Source: Bdellovibrionota bacterium
GTDB taxonomy: Bacteria > Bdellovibrionota_G > JALEGL01 > DATDPG01
Length of the DNA stretch: 64,000 nt
Assembly: GCA_963668355.1 (NCBI GenBank)
Contig: OY764265.1
Coordinates: 960,001 to 1,024,000 of the forward strand
Reading direction: 5' to 3'
Within the stretch, counting starts at the first letter, position 1; every line of letters begins with the position of its first letter. Shown piece after piece: positions 40,891 through 49,932 of this stretch. The position numbers were made by a program, and so were the translations under genes. Below the pieces are notes generated by a model, which saw only the letters and a list, made by a program, of their open reading frames with translations, searched no databases and was not told where the DNA came from.

Positions 40891-42348
40891 TTGAATAACT
40901 CAGTCCGTTATTTGATGGCGGTTGTGGCATTTATGTCCATCACGGATGGGTATGCCCAGGCTTCTGGCTTTTTGAAGCTTCCGCGAGTGGTTCAAGAAGC
41001 GCTATCTAAGGATTATAAGGCCTGGGTCTTCTTTACCAAGCCTCAAAAAAGCGATCTCTATGTTCCTTACAATCAACGGTCTCTTGAGCGAAGGGCCAAA
41101 GTCGGCATTCACAACCCGACCGTTTTTGATCGAAGAGTCGATCCAGATTTTCGAGCCGAAGTGGAAGCTTTGGGCGCCAATATCCGTGTGGAATCTCGAT
41201 GGTTTAATGCTGTCAGCGTCGAAGCTTCCGGAAATACCTTGCTGAATATCTCTCTTCTTCCATATGTCTTGCGCGTAGAACTGGTCGAAGGAGCCAAACC
41301 AGTGCGTCCCCTGAAAACGAGGCGCACCCCGGAAGATCCAACCCCTCTTTTTGGATTCACCTTTAATGGAGGAGAGTGGTCGCTTGACTATGGCCGCTCC
41401 AAGGAGCAGCTGGAACAAATCCATGTCCCCGAACTCCATGACGCCGGTTTCTCCGGAAAGGGCGTCACGATCTGCATGATGGATGCGGGCTTCAATTGGA
41501 ATCACCTGGCCTTTCATCGATTGAAGATCTCTGGGCAATGGGACTTCGTCATGAACGATGGAAATGTTCGAAGAAACAAACAAGATCCCCAGGACTATGA
41601 CGATGAACATGGAACCATGACCTTGTCCGTGGCCGGGGGTTATGCCCCGGGAAAAGTAATTGGCCCCGCATTCGGCGCTAATTATCTCCTAGCAAAAACA
41701 GAAGATGGGCGAAGCGAAACGCCGATTGAAGAAGACTTCTGGGTGGCGGGTTTAGAATGGTGTGAGGCCGCAGGAGCAGACATCATTTCAAGTTCCTTGG
41801 GATACAGAGATTTTGACAACCCCGCGTCCAGCCACTCTTACAAAGATTTGGATGGTCGAAGCACCCGCCCTGCCATTGCGGCGAATTTTGCGACAAACCT
41901 TGGCATCCTGGTCATTACTTCGGTTGGAAATTCAGGCTTAGACGGCGTGGGCTCCTTGTCCACTCCTGCAGATTCCGAAGGCGTACTTGCTGTGGGGGCC
42001 GTTCACCAAGATGGTGGATTGGCCTACTTCAGCTCTCAAGGACCCACGGCTGATGGCCGAATCAAACCAGAGCTGGTAGCTCGAGGTGTTCGTGTTTCGC
42101 TGGCTTTGGACGAAGAATATGGTCGAGCCGATGGAACATCTTTTGCCGCTCCTTTGGTTGCCGGTTCGGCCGCCCTCATTCTGGAGGCCAATCCGCAATG
42201 GAAACCCGAAGAAGTGAAGCAAGCTCTATTGAATACCGCCGACAATAAAGAGTCTCCCAATAATCGATTGGGATATGGCATTCCAAATATTTTGAGTGCG
42301 TTGTCTCATGTCCCCATTTTGGAACAGGATGCCATCGCAACTCGATAG
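40891..42348 (+). CDS. Secreted S8 (subtilisin-like) serine peptidase
   Basis: Signal peptide and prodomain; catalytic D (MMDAGF), H (HGTMT), oxyanion N (VGNSG), S (GTSFAAP). Confidence 0.93.
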   Translation: MNNSVRYLMAVVAFMSITDGYAQASGFLKLPRVVQEALSKDYKAWVFFTKPQKSDLYVPYNQRSLERRAKVGIHNPTVFDRRVDPDFRAEVEALGANIRVESRWFNAVSVEASGNTLLNISLLPYVLRVELVEGAKPVRPLKTRRTPEDPTPLFGFTFNGGEWSLDYGRSKEQLEQIHVPELHDAGFSGKGVTICMMDAGFNWNHLAFHRLKISGQWDFVMNDGNVRRNKQDPQDYDDEHGTMTLSVAGGYAPGKVIGPAFGANYLLAKTEDGRSETPIEEDFWVAGLEWCEAAGADIISSSLGYRDFDNPASSHSYKDLDGRSTRPAIAANFATNLGILVITSVGNSGLDGVGSLSTPADSEGVLAVGAVHQDGGLAYFSSQGPTADGRIKPELVARGVRVSLALDEEYGRADGTSFAAPLVAGSAALILEANPQWKPEEVKQALLNTADNKESPNNRLGYGIPNILSALSHVPILEQDAIATR

Positions 42349-42467
42349 CGTTAAATGAGGGCCAACTAAGTCCTATTTCCCCAATAATTTCGTGCTTTTG
42401 GCTATATTTTCCGGCACGATAACCTCTGTTTTTTTAGACTTCCAACCCCAATTGAGGAGGAGGATTT

Positions 42468-43997
42468 ATGTCCACTAGTAGATTTTTGCCGGGGCTGCTC
42501 ACGCTTGCCCTGGTCATGCCCGCAACGCTGGCCATGGCCGAAGAAGCTGAAACCAAAGCAACTGAAACTGAAGAGGAAACCACCGTTTCCGACCTCGAAA
42601 AGCGGATTGAAAACCTTGAAAGTCGCGTAACCAAAACTGAAGTCAAGGACGCCAAAGACCGTTTGAACTTCACAGGAGACGCCAGGGTTCGATGGAATTC
42701 CATTCACGGGGAAACCGCCGCATATAATCAAATGACGTCGGCTGGAATGCTCCCCACCGCAAGCCAGAAATTCCACAACTGGAAACTCTATACTTTGCGT
42801 TTGAGACTCAACATGGACGCTCCAGTTTCCAAGAACATTAAGTTTCGAGGCCGCTTAGGCATGTACAAAGTGTTTGGGGATTCCACAGAGATGAGCATCT
42901 TTAATGGACAGCCCAACTCTTTCTATTTTGATGGCGAAGCCGCCCGCGTGCCTTACGGTTCCTCCCTAAAAGTCGAACGTGCGTATTTCGATTGGACCAA
43001 TATCGGTGGCACAAAATTTTATCTCTCTTTGGGTCGACGACCCTCTACAGATGGTGCCCCTGAACATCTGGAACAAAATGATGTTCGCCAAGGAAGCCCC
43101 ATGGCTCATACCATCAACTATGCGTTTGATGGCATGACGGTCGGGTATAAATTGGACGATTGGTTACCCGGTTCTGTCTTCAAATTCTGTTATGGCGTTG
43201 GTTACGAAAGCGGTTTCCGAAATGGTGACTTGCTCAGTGACGACAATGTGTTCAACAGCGTTTCGGGAGACGCACTCAAGGATACGGATTTTCTTGGAAT
43301 CAACTGGGATGTCATCAACGACGGAGAAACTCTGATTCAAACCCAACATGCCTTGGCTTTGAATCTCACCGATCTTTCTCCGGGACTTGCGGTATTTCCT
43401 TATGCCGTGGACCCTGCGACAGGACTTCCCTATAGCAATCCAACCACCATTCAACCGGTTCAACGCATGACCGCAACTCAAGATGTCGGCGACATTTACA
43501 TGGGAAGCCTCATGCTTCTTCGCAATGAGCTTGAGTTCGACTGGTTCGTTTCTGCTGCGTTAAGCCGAACCTTTGCCAAAGGCACATACTCAAACTATGG
43601 CTTTGGAGGAATGCTCTGTGATCAAGGCGGAACGTGTGATGATGAAACCGGTTGGTCGATTTGGACTGGATTGGTTTATCCCATCGAATCCATCAATACC
43701 AAAGTTGGCTTTGAATACAACTATGGTTCCAAGTATTGGGTTTCCTTCACGCAAGGGGCAGACGATATTGTTGGAAGCAAAATTGCGACACGCGGTCACG
43801 TGGCCGATGTGTTCACCATTTTTCAAATTTCGAAAAATGCTTTCATCAAGCTCAACTACCAATACTATAAGTACAATTTCAGCGGAAGCGGTTGGCATCT
43901 AGGGTTGCCGAAGAAACTCGACAACAATCCAAACATGCTCTTCCCCACAGCTGAACATGTACACAACATCCAAACCGCCATGCAGGTGAATTTCTAA
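42468..43997 (+). CDS. DUF3373-family outer-membrane beta-barrel (putative porin)
   Basis: Strong GAGGAGGA Shine-Dalgarno; signal peptide; N-terminal coiled coil (DLEKRIENLESRVTKTE..DR.NFTGD.R.R); VERAYF.W, S.GRRPST.G.P, G.EYNYGSKYW, K.ATRG; ends in Phe. Confidence 0.75.
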   Translation: MSTSRFLPGLLTLALVMPATLAMAEEAETKATETEEETTVSDLEKRIENLESRVTKTEVKDAKDRLNFTGDARVRWNSIHGETAAYNQMTSAGMLPTASQKFHNWKLYTLRLRLNMDAPVSKNIKFRGRLGMYKVFGDSTEMSIFNGQPNSFYFDGEAARVPYGSSLKVERAYFDWTNIGGTKFYLSLGRRPSTDGAPEHLEQNDVRQGSPMAHTINYAFDGMTVGYKLDDWLPGSVFKFCYGVGYESGFRNGDLLSDDNVFNSVSGDALKDTDFLGINWDVINDGETLIQTQHALALNLTDLSPGLAVFPYAVDPATGLPYSNPTTIQPVQRMTATQDVGDIYMGSLMLLRNELEFDWFVSAALSRTFAKGTYSNYGFGGMLCDQGGTCDDETGWSIWTGLVYPIESINTKVGFEYNYGSKYWVSFTQGADDIVGSKIATRGHVADVFTIFQISKNAFIKLNYQYYKYNFSGSGWHLGLPKKLDNNPNMLFPTAEHVHNIQTAMQVNF

Positions 43998-44377
43998 TGG
44001 CTCGGTTGGGACAAATTCTTCTCATCGCCACCAGCATTTTGCTGGTGGCGGGGTTGGCCAGCAATTCTTATGCGGGACGAAAAGCCGAACGTTTAGGAAA
44101 AAGAGACTACAAGAAGTTTTGCCGAACATGTCACGATGGTTCGTACACCTCTCCTGATGGAAAAAAGGCCAGCAAATTGCAGCCCAATTCACTGGCTTCC
44201 AAGCAATGGGAAGATAAAATCAATAATAAGTATAAATCTGAGCACGAAAAGCTGACAGATCCCAAACATGACAATAAAAAAGTGTTGGATTTAGTCAGCG
44301 ACAAAAGCTTGAAAAATATTTTGGAGTTTCTGCGCACCCACGGTGCCGATTCCGATCAACCCGCAACTTGCGGATAA
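43997..44377 (+). CDS. Periplasmic monoheme cytochrome c
   Basis: Signal peptide, a single CRTCH, C-terminal HGADSDQPATCG; TAATG-coupled to the barrel gene. Confidence 0.85.
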   Translation: MARLGQILLIATSILLVAGLASNSYAGRKAERLGKRDYKKFCRTCHDGSYTSPDGKKASKLQPNSLASKQWEDKINNKYKSEHEKLTDPKHDNKKVLDLVSDKSLKNILEFLRTHGADSDQPATCG

Positions 44378-44410
44378 ATAAATCAACTTAACGAGAGGGG
44401 CACGAAACGC

Positions 44411-46498
44411 ATGCGTACCCAAGCTTTGGTATTTTTAACCGTATTTCTTGTGCCCCTTTCTCTTTTTGCCAAAACAGATCTTCATCCCCCTTTTCTCCTA
44501 TTAGATAAAACTGGCACACCCGTTTTTCAGAGCAAGAAACCCATCAGCACTCGGTTTTCATGTGGACCCTGCCACAATTACGACACCATCACCGATAGTT
44601 TTCACGTACAACAGGGGCGACGAGACTTTAATCGAGAGTCAGTCGTGGACGCTGGCCTGCCTTCGTATGCTTCTTCTCCAGGCATGTACGGTAAATATTG
44701 CTCCATGCCAAACCGACTCTTAACGGCCTTGGATGTAGAGTCCGTAGAAGATTTCGATCTGGGCGCACCAGAGTGGACTCGAAGTTGCGGAAGCTGTCAC
44801 CCTGGTGGAGGCCCGACTGAGATTGACGACAAGGGACGTCGGATGGACACCGTTGACCCGGCAACAACCGATCCCCTCGATATCTACTACCACATTTACA
44901 ACAAATCCACCGACACCCTCGAGACGTGGGATTGGCGAAAAAGTGGCGTCGTGGAAATGAATTGCTTCATGTGCCATATTTCAAGCTTCAACAATCATTT
45001 AAGAAAAGAGTTCATTAAGGAAGGGTACTTTAATGAAACCATCAACGCCTCACTTGTAGACTCTGGCGTCGTCGAGGAAGACGAAGAAACCTTAGAATTA
45101 AAATATGTTGAGGACTCTTTCGACGAAGCCGGATACCTCAAACCCGGAGTTTTAAAACTCCAAAAACCGACTGTCGAAAACTGTGCGGTTTGTCATGGGT
45201 TTGCCAAAGTCGGAGAGGGGGCCGAACAAATCGACCCCTATTTGCCGGGTGGAGATGTTAAGCGAGGAACAAAAAAAATGGGGCGCGTGTGGAGTTCAGC
45301 GCTCATCAAAGACTCTTCCAGCCAGATTCAAGATAAAGAAAAGTATGATTATCCTTGGGATGTACATGCGGCAAAAGGCTTGGTTTGTGTGGACTGCCAC
45401 TTCTCTCTGAACAATCCGGCTCGAATGATTCGGAAAACCGAGCCAAAACATTTAAAATTTCAACCCAAAGCCACTTCCTATGCAGAGTATTTGGCTCAGC
45501 CCAGTCATGATTTTGCAAAGGGAGGAACGTTTCCTGAGATGGTTCGCAATGAGACCGATTTCTCCATGCGTGACTGCACGGACTGTCACGACGCTCTTGC
45601 AGGACAACATTCCTGGCTTCCATACGCCGAACATCATTTTCGACATCTGAGCTGCGAGACCTGCCATATTCCTCGAAAGCATTTCTGGGCGTACAAACAA
45701 GTGGATATCGGAGTCGGGCCATCCGCCATTTCGAAAGCGCGTGGCATCGAAGACGGAGCTTACAAAAACAAGGAAGCAAAAATCTTTGGCTTCCAGCCTG
45801 CGTATATGCCCCGCATGGATCGTGAGGGAAATCGAAAAATCATCCCCGTGAACCCCATTTCTGCACTGATCTGGGCTGATTTCTCAAAAGATGAGCGACC
45901 AGCTTTCACAAGACATCTCAACGAGGCCTTCTATGAAAAAGACAAAGGCTTTGGGCGGGTACTGAGGCCGGAAGTCATTGAGGTTTTTGATGCCAACAAA
46001 GATGGAAAACTTTCGAACGAAGAAAAGCAAATCGACTCAAAAGAAAAAATGCTTTTTGCTCAGAAAAGGCTTAAGGCCGCCGGCCTTAAAGATCCCAGAT
46101 TGGTATTGGAGTTTATGCCCTTTGGTTTGGCACACAATATTGTGAAGAAAGCGGCGCTTCGAGAATGCACCGAGTGTCACACGAAAGACAGTCGTCTTCT
46201 GGAAGACGTAGAAATTTTTGATTACATTCCGCCAGAATACAAACCCGAATGTCGTTTCTGTGAAGCGCATAAAAAACACGCTCACCACAGCCTATTGGCA
46301 GAAAAGGATGGTGTGATGGTGTTTCATAATGCAGCCCTGTTAAAAGATTTCTATATTCTAGGTTCATCCCGTGTGATTTGGATCGAATGGTTGGGCTGGC
46401 TCGCCGTGATCGGAGCCACACTGGGAAGTTTAATGCACGGAATTGGGCGAATCCTGTTTGCTCGAAAAAGAAAAGGGGAGACTCATGAAGAACAATAA
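44411..46498 (+). CDS. Octaheme cytochrome c with C-terminal membrane anchor (OTR-like motif order)
   Basis: Signal peptide; eight CxxCH at 44561, 44786, 44963, 45182, 45386, 45575, 45653 and 46166; C-terminal TM helix WIEWLGWLAVIGATLGSLMHG. Confidence 0.88.
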   Translation: MRTQALVFLTVFLVPLSLFAKTDLHPPFLLLDKTGTPVFQSKKPISTRFSCGPCHNYDTITDSFHVQQGRRDFNRESVVDAGLPSYASSPGMYGKYCSMPNRLLTALDVESVEDFDLGAPEWTRSCGSCHPGGGPTEIDDKGRRMDTVDPATTDPLDIYYHIYNKSTDTLETWDWRKSGVVEMNCFMCHISSFNNHLRKEFIKEGYFNETINASLVDSGVVEEDEETLELKYVEDSFDEAGYLKPGVLKLQKPTVENCAVCHGFAKVGEGAEQIDPYLPGGDVKRGTKKMGRVWSSALIKDSSSQIQDKEKYDYPWDVHAAKGLVCVDCHFSLNNPARMIRKTEPKHLKFQPKATSYAEYLAQPSHDFAKGGTFPEMVRNETDFSMRDCTDCHDALAGQHSWLPYAEHHFRHLSCETCHIPRKHFWAYKQVDIGVGPSAISKARGIEDGAYKNKEAKIFGFQPAYMPRMDREGNRKIIPVNPISALIWADFSKDERPAFTRHLNEAFYEKDKGFGRVLRPEVIEVFDANKDGKLSNEEKQIDSKEKMLFAQKRLKAAGLKDPRLVLEFMPFGLAHNIVKKAALRECTECHTKDSRLLEDVEIFDYIPPEYKPECRFCEAHKKHAHHSLLAEKDGVMVFHNAALLKDFYILGSSRVIWIEWLGWLAVIGATLGSLMHGIGRILFARKRKGETHEEQ

Positions 46499-47117
46499 AT
46501 CGTTCACAGAGTTTTACACACTCTCAGAACGAGTTTGGCATTGGGCTCAAGCCCTCCTCATGATTCTTTTAATTCTCACTGGCCTTAACATGCATTACCC
46601 AGAGCGGTTTGCTCTTTTTGGTCGGATGGAAATTGCCGTGCGATTGCACTCGGCTCTTGCTTTTATTTTGTTGGCCAATGCCTTCCTGGGTTTATTTTAT
46701 CAACTCTCGACCTCTGGCTTGCGAAAATACATTCCCATGCCGATGGATTTTACGAGAGGTAGCCTAGAACAAATCAAGTACTATCTCTGGGGTATTTTTC
46801 GAGGGGCTCCGCATCCTTATGAGCGAACGCGCGAGAAGAGATTAAACCCGTTGCAAAAGATTACATACTTCGCTCTGTTAAACATCCTGCTTCCCTTTCA
46901 AATTCTTACAGGAATATTGTGTTGGGGATCCACTCGGTGGCCTGAAACCTTCAATTCACTCGGAGGATTAAATATATTGGCTCCGGCTCATACGCTGGGC
47001 TCCTATTTCTTTTTGGCTTTTCTCATCGGGCATATTTACCTCACCACCACAGGAGACACCCCGATGAGCAACATCAAAGCCATGATCACCGGAAAAGAAG
47101 AAGTCCACGACGAGTAA
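46485..47117 (+). CDS. Diheme cytochrome b (Ni/Fe-hydrogenase cytochrome b / PhsC-like quinol-interacting subunit)
   Basis: ER.WHW, RLH, K.NPLQK..Y, AHT...GHIY (four His ligands), four TM helices, MITG. ATG 46485 has a GGGGAG Shine-Dalgarno and overlaps the octaheme gene. Confidence 0.9.
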   Translation: MKNNKSFTEFYTLSERVWHWAQALLMILLILTGLNMHYPERFALFGRMEIAVRLHSALAFILLANAFLGLFYQLSTSGLRKYIPMPMDFTRGSLEQIKYYLWGIFRGAPHPYERTREKRLNPLQKITYFALLNILLPFQILTGILCWGSTRWPETFNSLGGLNILAPAHTLGSYFFLAFLIGHIYLTTTGDTPMSNIKAMITGKEEVHDE

Positions 47118-47165
47118 ACTTTCTTATCTAAGATGGCCGGGGCCCATCACCCAAAACATAGGCAT

Positions 47166-47197
47166 AAAAAAAGGGCGACCAAAATGGCCGCCCTTTT
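47166..47197. terminator. Bidirectional rho-independent terminator
   Basis: AAAAAAAGGGCGACC-AAAAT-GGCCGCCCTTTT between convergent genes. Confidence 0.8.
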
Positions 47198-47219
47198 AAG
47201 CGTTTAAACTATTTCTAGC

Positions 47220-47738
47220 TTAGAAATAGTAGTGGACGCCCCAGTTGAATCCACCGCCGATTGTGCTCAGGCGCATGAATTTGGTGTTCTGGGTTGCGTA
47301 GTCCATAAGAAGACCTACGTCAGCCGTGAAACCAAGTTCTGGAAGTCCAGCAAAACTCCACTCAAATCCCAGGGGAACTTCAAAGCGGAGAAGATACTCA
47401 GCTGCACTGGTTTTGTTCCAGAGCAAACCAATTTTAAGACCGGTGTAGAAATCTGAATTCTCATTTTCTACGAGGTCATATTCAAGGCCGAGGCCCACGT
47501 TGAACATATCATCAGCTGCATCTTTGGTGATTTTGTCAAAACCAAATGCAAATTGAACTTTCATGTTCGAAGCCATGCCATATTTGACAGACCAAGAACC
47601 AAGGCTCGTGCCCAGGTTTTCACCCATAAAAGCTTGCTGATAACCAAGTCCGATATTACCGGTGCGATCGATTGCAGAGGCTGTACTGACCGCCCCGGCG
47701 ACTGCTACTACAGAAATCAAAGTAAACAACTTCTTCAT
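47220..47738 (-). CDS. Small outer-membrane beta-barrel protein (probably 8-stranded)
   Basis: GGAGG Shine-Dalgarno, signal peptide ending ASA, amphipathic strands, C-terminal GVHYYF beta-signal. Confidence 0.8.
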   Translation of the reverse strand: MKKLFTLISVVAVAGAVSTASAIDRTGNIGLGYQQAFMGENLGTSLGSWSVKYGMASNMKVQFAFGFDKITKDAADDMFNVGLGLEYDLVENENSDFYTGLKIGLLWNKTSAAEYLLRFEVPLGFEWSFAGLPELGFTADVGLLMDYATQNTKFMRLSTIGGGFNWGVHYYF

Positions 47739-48027
47739 AGTCGTTTAACCTCCAAAATTCGATTGAAAGATAAGGCATCGAAGCACAATGCCCCGACACG
47801 CATGTAATCATTCCAGCCAAAATTCAATTTGTCTAGGAAAACAATACCTTACAAAATTGCGAGATTCGTTCGCCGCAAAACGTCGAGAAATCACCGGTTT
47901 GCTGGCAATGCCAAGCGTTAAATTGGTGCGTCGCATAAAAATTTTTTTTCTTTCGTTGAGACGTTTATGCCGAGACACGTTCTTCCCTTTTCGCGTTTTC
48001 AACATCGTTTCAAGACAGTGAAATTCT

Positions 48028-48101
48028 TAACCTCTTGTTTTAAAAGGGTTTTTTGCCACTCCGAAAAGAAGGCTTTTGATTTTCATGGTACTTAATTTGC
48101 A
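48028..48101 (+). promoter_or_regulatory. Putative sigma-54 promoter (TGGTACTTAATTTGCA, 48086-48101) with IHF-like site (TAACCTCTTGTTT, 48028-48040)
   Basis: Near-consensus TGGYAC-N5-TTGCA with exact GG-N10-GC spacing. Confidence 0.65.
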
Positions 48102-48138
48102 GGGTCTGGAGAGTGAGGCATAGCTTAAGCGGAACCAC

Positions 48139-49923
48139 ATGAATTGTTTTAATGTAAATCACCCAATGACTCGTTGCATGGTTTTGGTCCTGCTTTGCCT
48201 TGCGAGTTTGCCTTCCTGCTCAAAATCCAATCCTCAAGTTTCCTCTCAGGCCCATAAAACCAACTCGGATTCTTCATTTTTAAATGGCGACGATCCTGAG
48301 AGATCTACACATTCGCCGTCTTCATATAAAACCCTGCTGACCTCGGTTCAACAAGATGCGTGCAAACAATTTTTTACGATCATTGATGAATCTCTCAACA
48401 TTCATCTCGCTTATGAAACCTCGGATCGAACGGCCCTTCTCGCACAAACGATGGAAAAAATCTCTTCCATCGAGATTGAACCTTTTGAACGAAGGGAAAA
48501 AGTCAGAACCGCATTGAATCACGTGACCGGAACGCCAGGAAAAGAGTTGGAAGATTGTGAATCTTTGATCCAATTAAAAAACTCATCTCCCTGGACACTC
48601 GAGTCAAATGAAGATCCGCTGGTTTCGATTCTTCGACGCATGCTCAACTTTTTCTTTTTTTCAATTGATGTGCAGTCCAATTACTTCGATCCTCTGGAAA
48701 CGCAAAAGCTCACCAGCGCAACAGCTTTTGGAACAGGCATTATCTTAAATGAACGGACCGACTACAAAATCGGAAGAACAGAAGATTGGCAACCTGCGTA
48801 TCTCGTCACCAAAGGAATGTATCCCTCTGAAAATGCCAACATCACTTTCATCCCGCCAAATACGCGTATTTGGGAAATTGAAGATCTCGAAAAAAACGAC
48901 GGCACGATGTTGCCCATTCGGGGGATGACGTACAAAGAAGCCTTTCGCCGCTTGAATCAAATTCACCCGAAGCCCATCCGCCCAACATTGAACATTACGG
49001 CATCCTTTCCAAACCAAGAGAAAAAAATTTTTTCCGTATTTTTGAGAAATTATGTGAGGACTTTTGCGTGGAGTGAAACTCTACAAACCCAAAAAGGGGA
49101 AGTCTTTCACATCAAACTGACCAGTTTTTCTGAAGGACTCAATGATCAATTACTCAAAGAATGGCTTTCTCTATTGGGAAAGGCAAAAAAATATCCGTCC
49201 GAACCGGGCATCATATTGGACTTGAGGGGTAATCTGGGAGGGCACCTTTCGGAGGTAAAGAACATTGCCGAATCGCTATTGCCTCTCGGATCCATCATTA
49301 CGCATATACAAGAAAAAGGGGAGAACCCGATTCCCATCAAAACCGAAAAAGCTCCGATACATTTTGAAACGCCTTTAAAACTTTTGGTTTTGGTTGACTC
49401 TGGATCCGCCAGTGCCTCTGAAATCTTGGCCGCTGCCTTGGAAGACAATCAGTATGCGATTGTCCTCGGAGAACATACTTGGGGGAAAGGCGTCGGCCAG
49501 GTTTTCGTGCCCCTTCCTGCTCCCTTGGGGGGTTCGATTCAAGTGACCAATCGCTATTATTTTTCTCCAAAAGGGAAATCTCACCGCTGGGATGGTTTGG
49601 AACCGACCGTTTTTGTGCGCGACAGAATCAATGACGAAATGAGAAAAGAGTCCTCTACGGGATTTACGCTCTCGGACATCGTTGAAAGAGGGACTTTCAC
49701 CATGGCCATTCCAAAACCTTTGTCTGCAGATGTGGATTTCTTCCCCCCTCTCACCGCTCCCTTCAACGACGAATCCGTTCGAAAAATTCACCACCTCCAA
49801 GAAGATCTAGCCATTCCAGAGCCAGAATCTTGCCAACGAATGCCGAACGACCCAGAGTTTAAAGAAGAGGACGATTGCTTATTGGATTGGGCGTTGGCCT
49901 ACTTCGACCAACTCAAGCGTTGA
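48139..49923 (+). CDS. S41 family (C-terminal processing) peptidase, probable lipoprotein
   Basis: LASLPS-C lipobox-like; ILDLRGN.GG, SASASEILAAAL (Ser), GE.TWGKG.GQ (Lys), YFSPKG, G.EP. Start may be ATG 48166 or 48178. Confidence 0.85.
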   Translation: MNCFNVNHPMTRCMVLVLLCLASLPSCSKSNPQVSSQAHKTNSDSSFLNGDDPERSTHSPSSYKTLLTSVQQDACKQFFTIIDESLNIHLAYETSDRTALLAQTMEKISSIEIEPFERREKVRTALNHVTGTPGKELEDCESLIQLKNSSPWTLESNEDPLVSILRRMLNFFFFSIDVQSNYFDPLETQKLTSATAFGTGIILNERTDYKIGRTEDWQPAYLVTKGMYPSENANITFIPPNTRIWEIEDLEKNDGTMLPIRGMTYKEAFRRLNQIHPKPIRPTLNITASFPNQEKKIFSVFLRNYVRTFAWSETLQTQKGEVFHIKLTSFSEGLNDQLLKEWLSLLGKAKKYPSEPGIILDLRGNLGGHLSEVKNIAESLLPLGSIITHIQEKGENPIPIKTEKAPIHFETPLKLLVLVDSGSASASEILAAALEDNQYAIVLGEHTWGKGVGQVFVPLPAPLGGSIQVTNRYYFSPKGKSHRWDGLEPTVFVRDRINDEMRKESSTGFTLSDIVERGTFTMAIPKPLSADVDFFPPLTAPFNDESVRKIHHLQEDLAIPEPESCQRMPNDPEFKEEDDCLLDWALAYFDQLKR

Positions 49924-49932
49924 AATAAGCGT

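Noticed and set aside
42468..46498. Calling the cytochrome cluster MtrCAB, NrfA or HAO
   Set aside because: No decaheme MtrA pattern, no CxxCK motif and no lipoprotein outer-surface cytochrome; the heme spacing fits the OTR-like pattern better.
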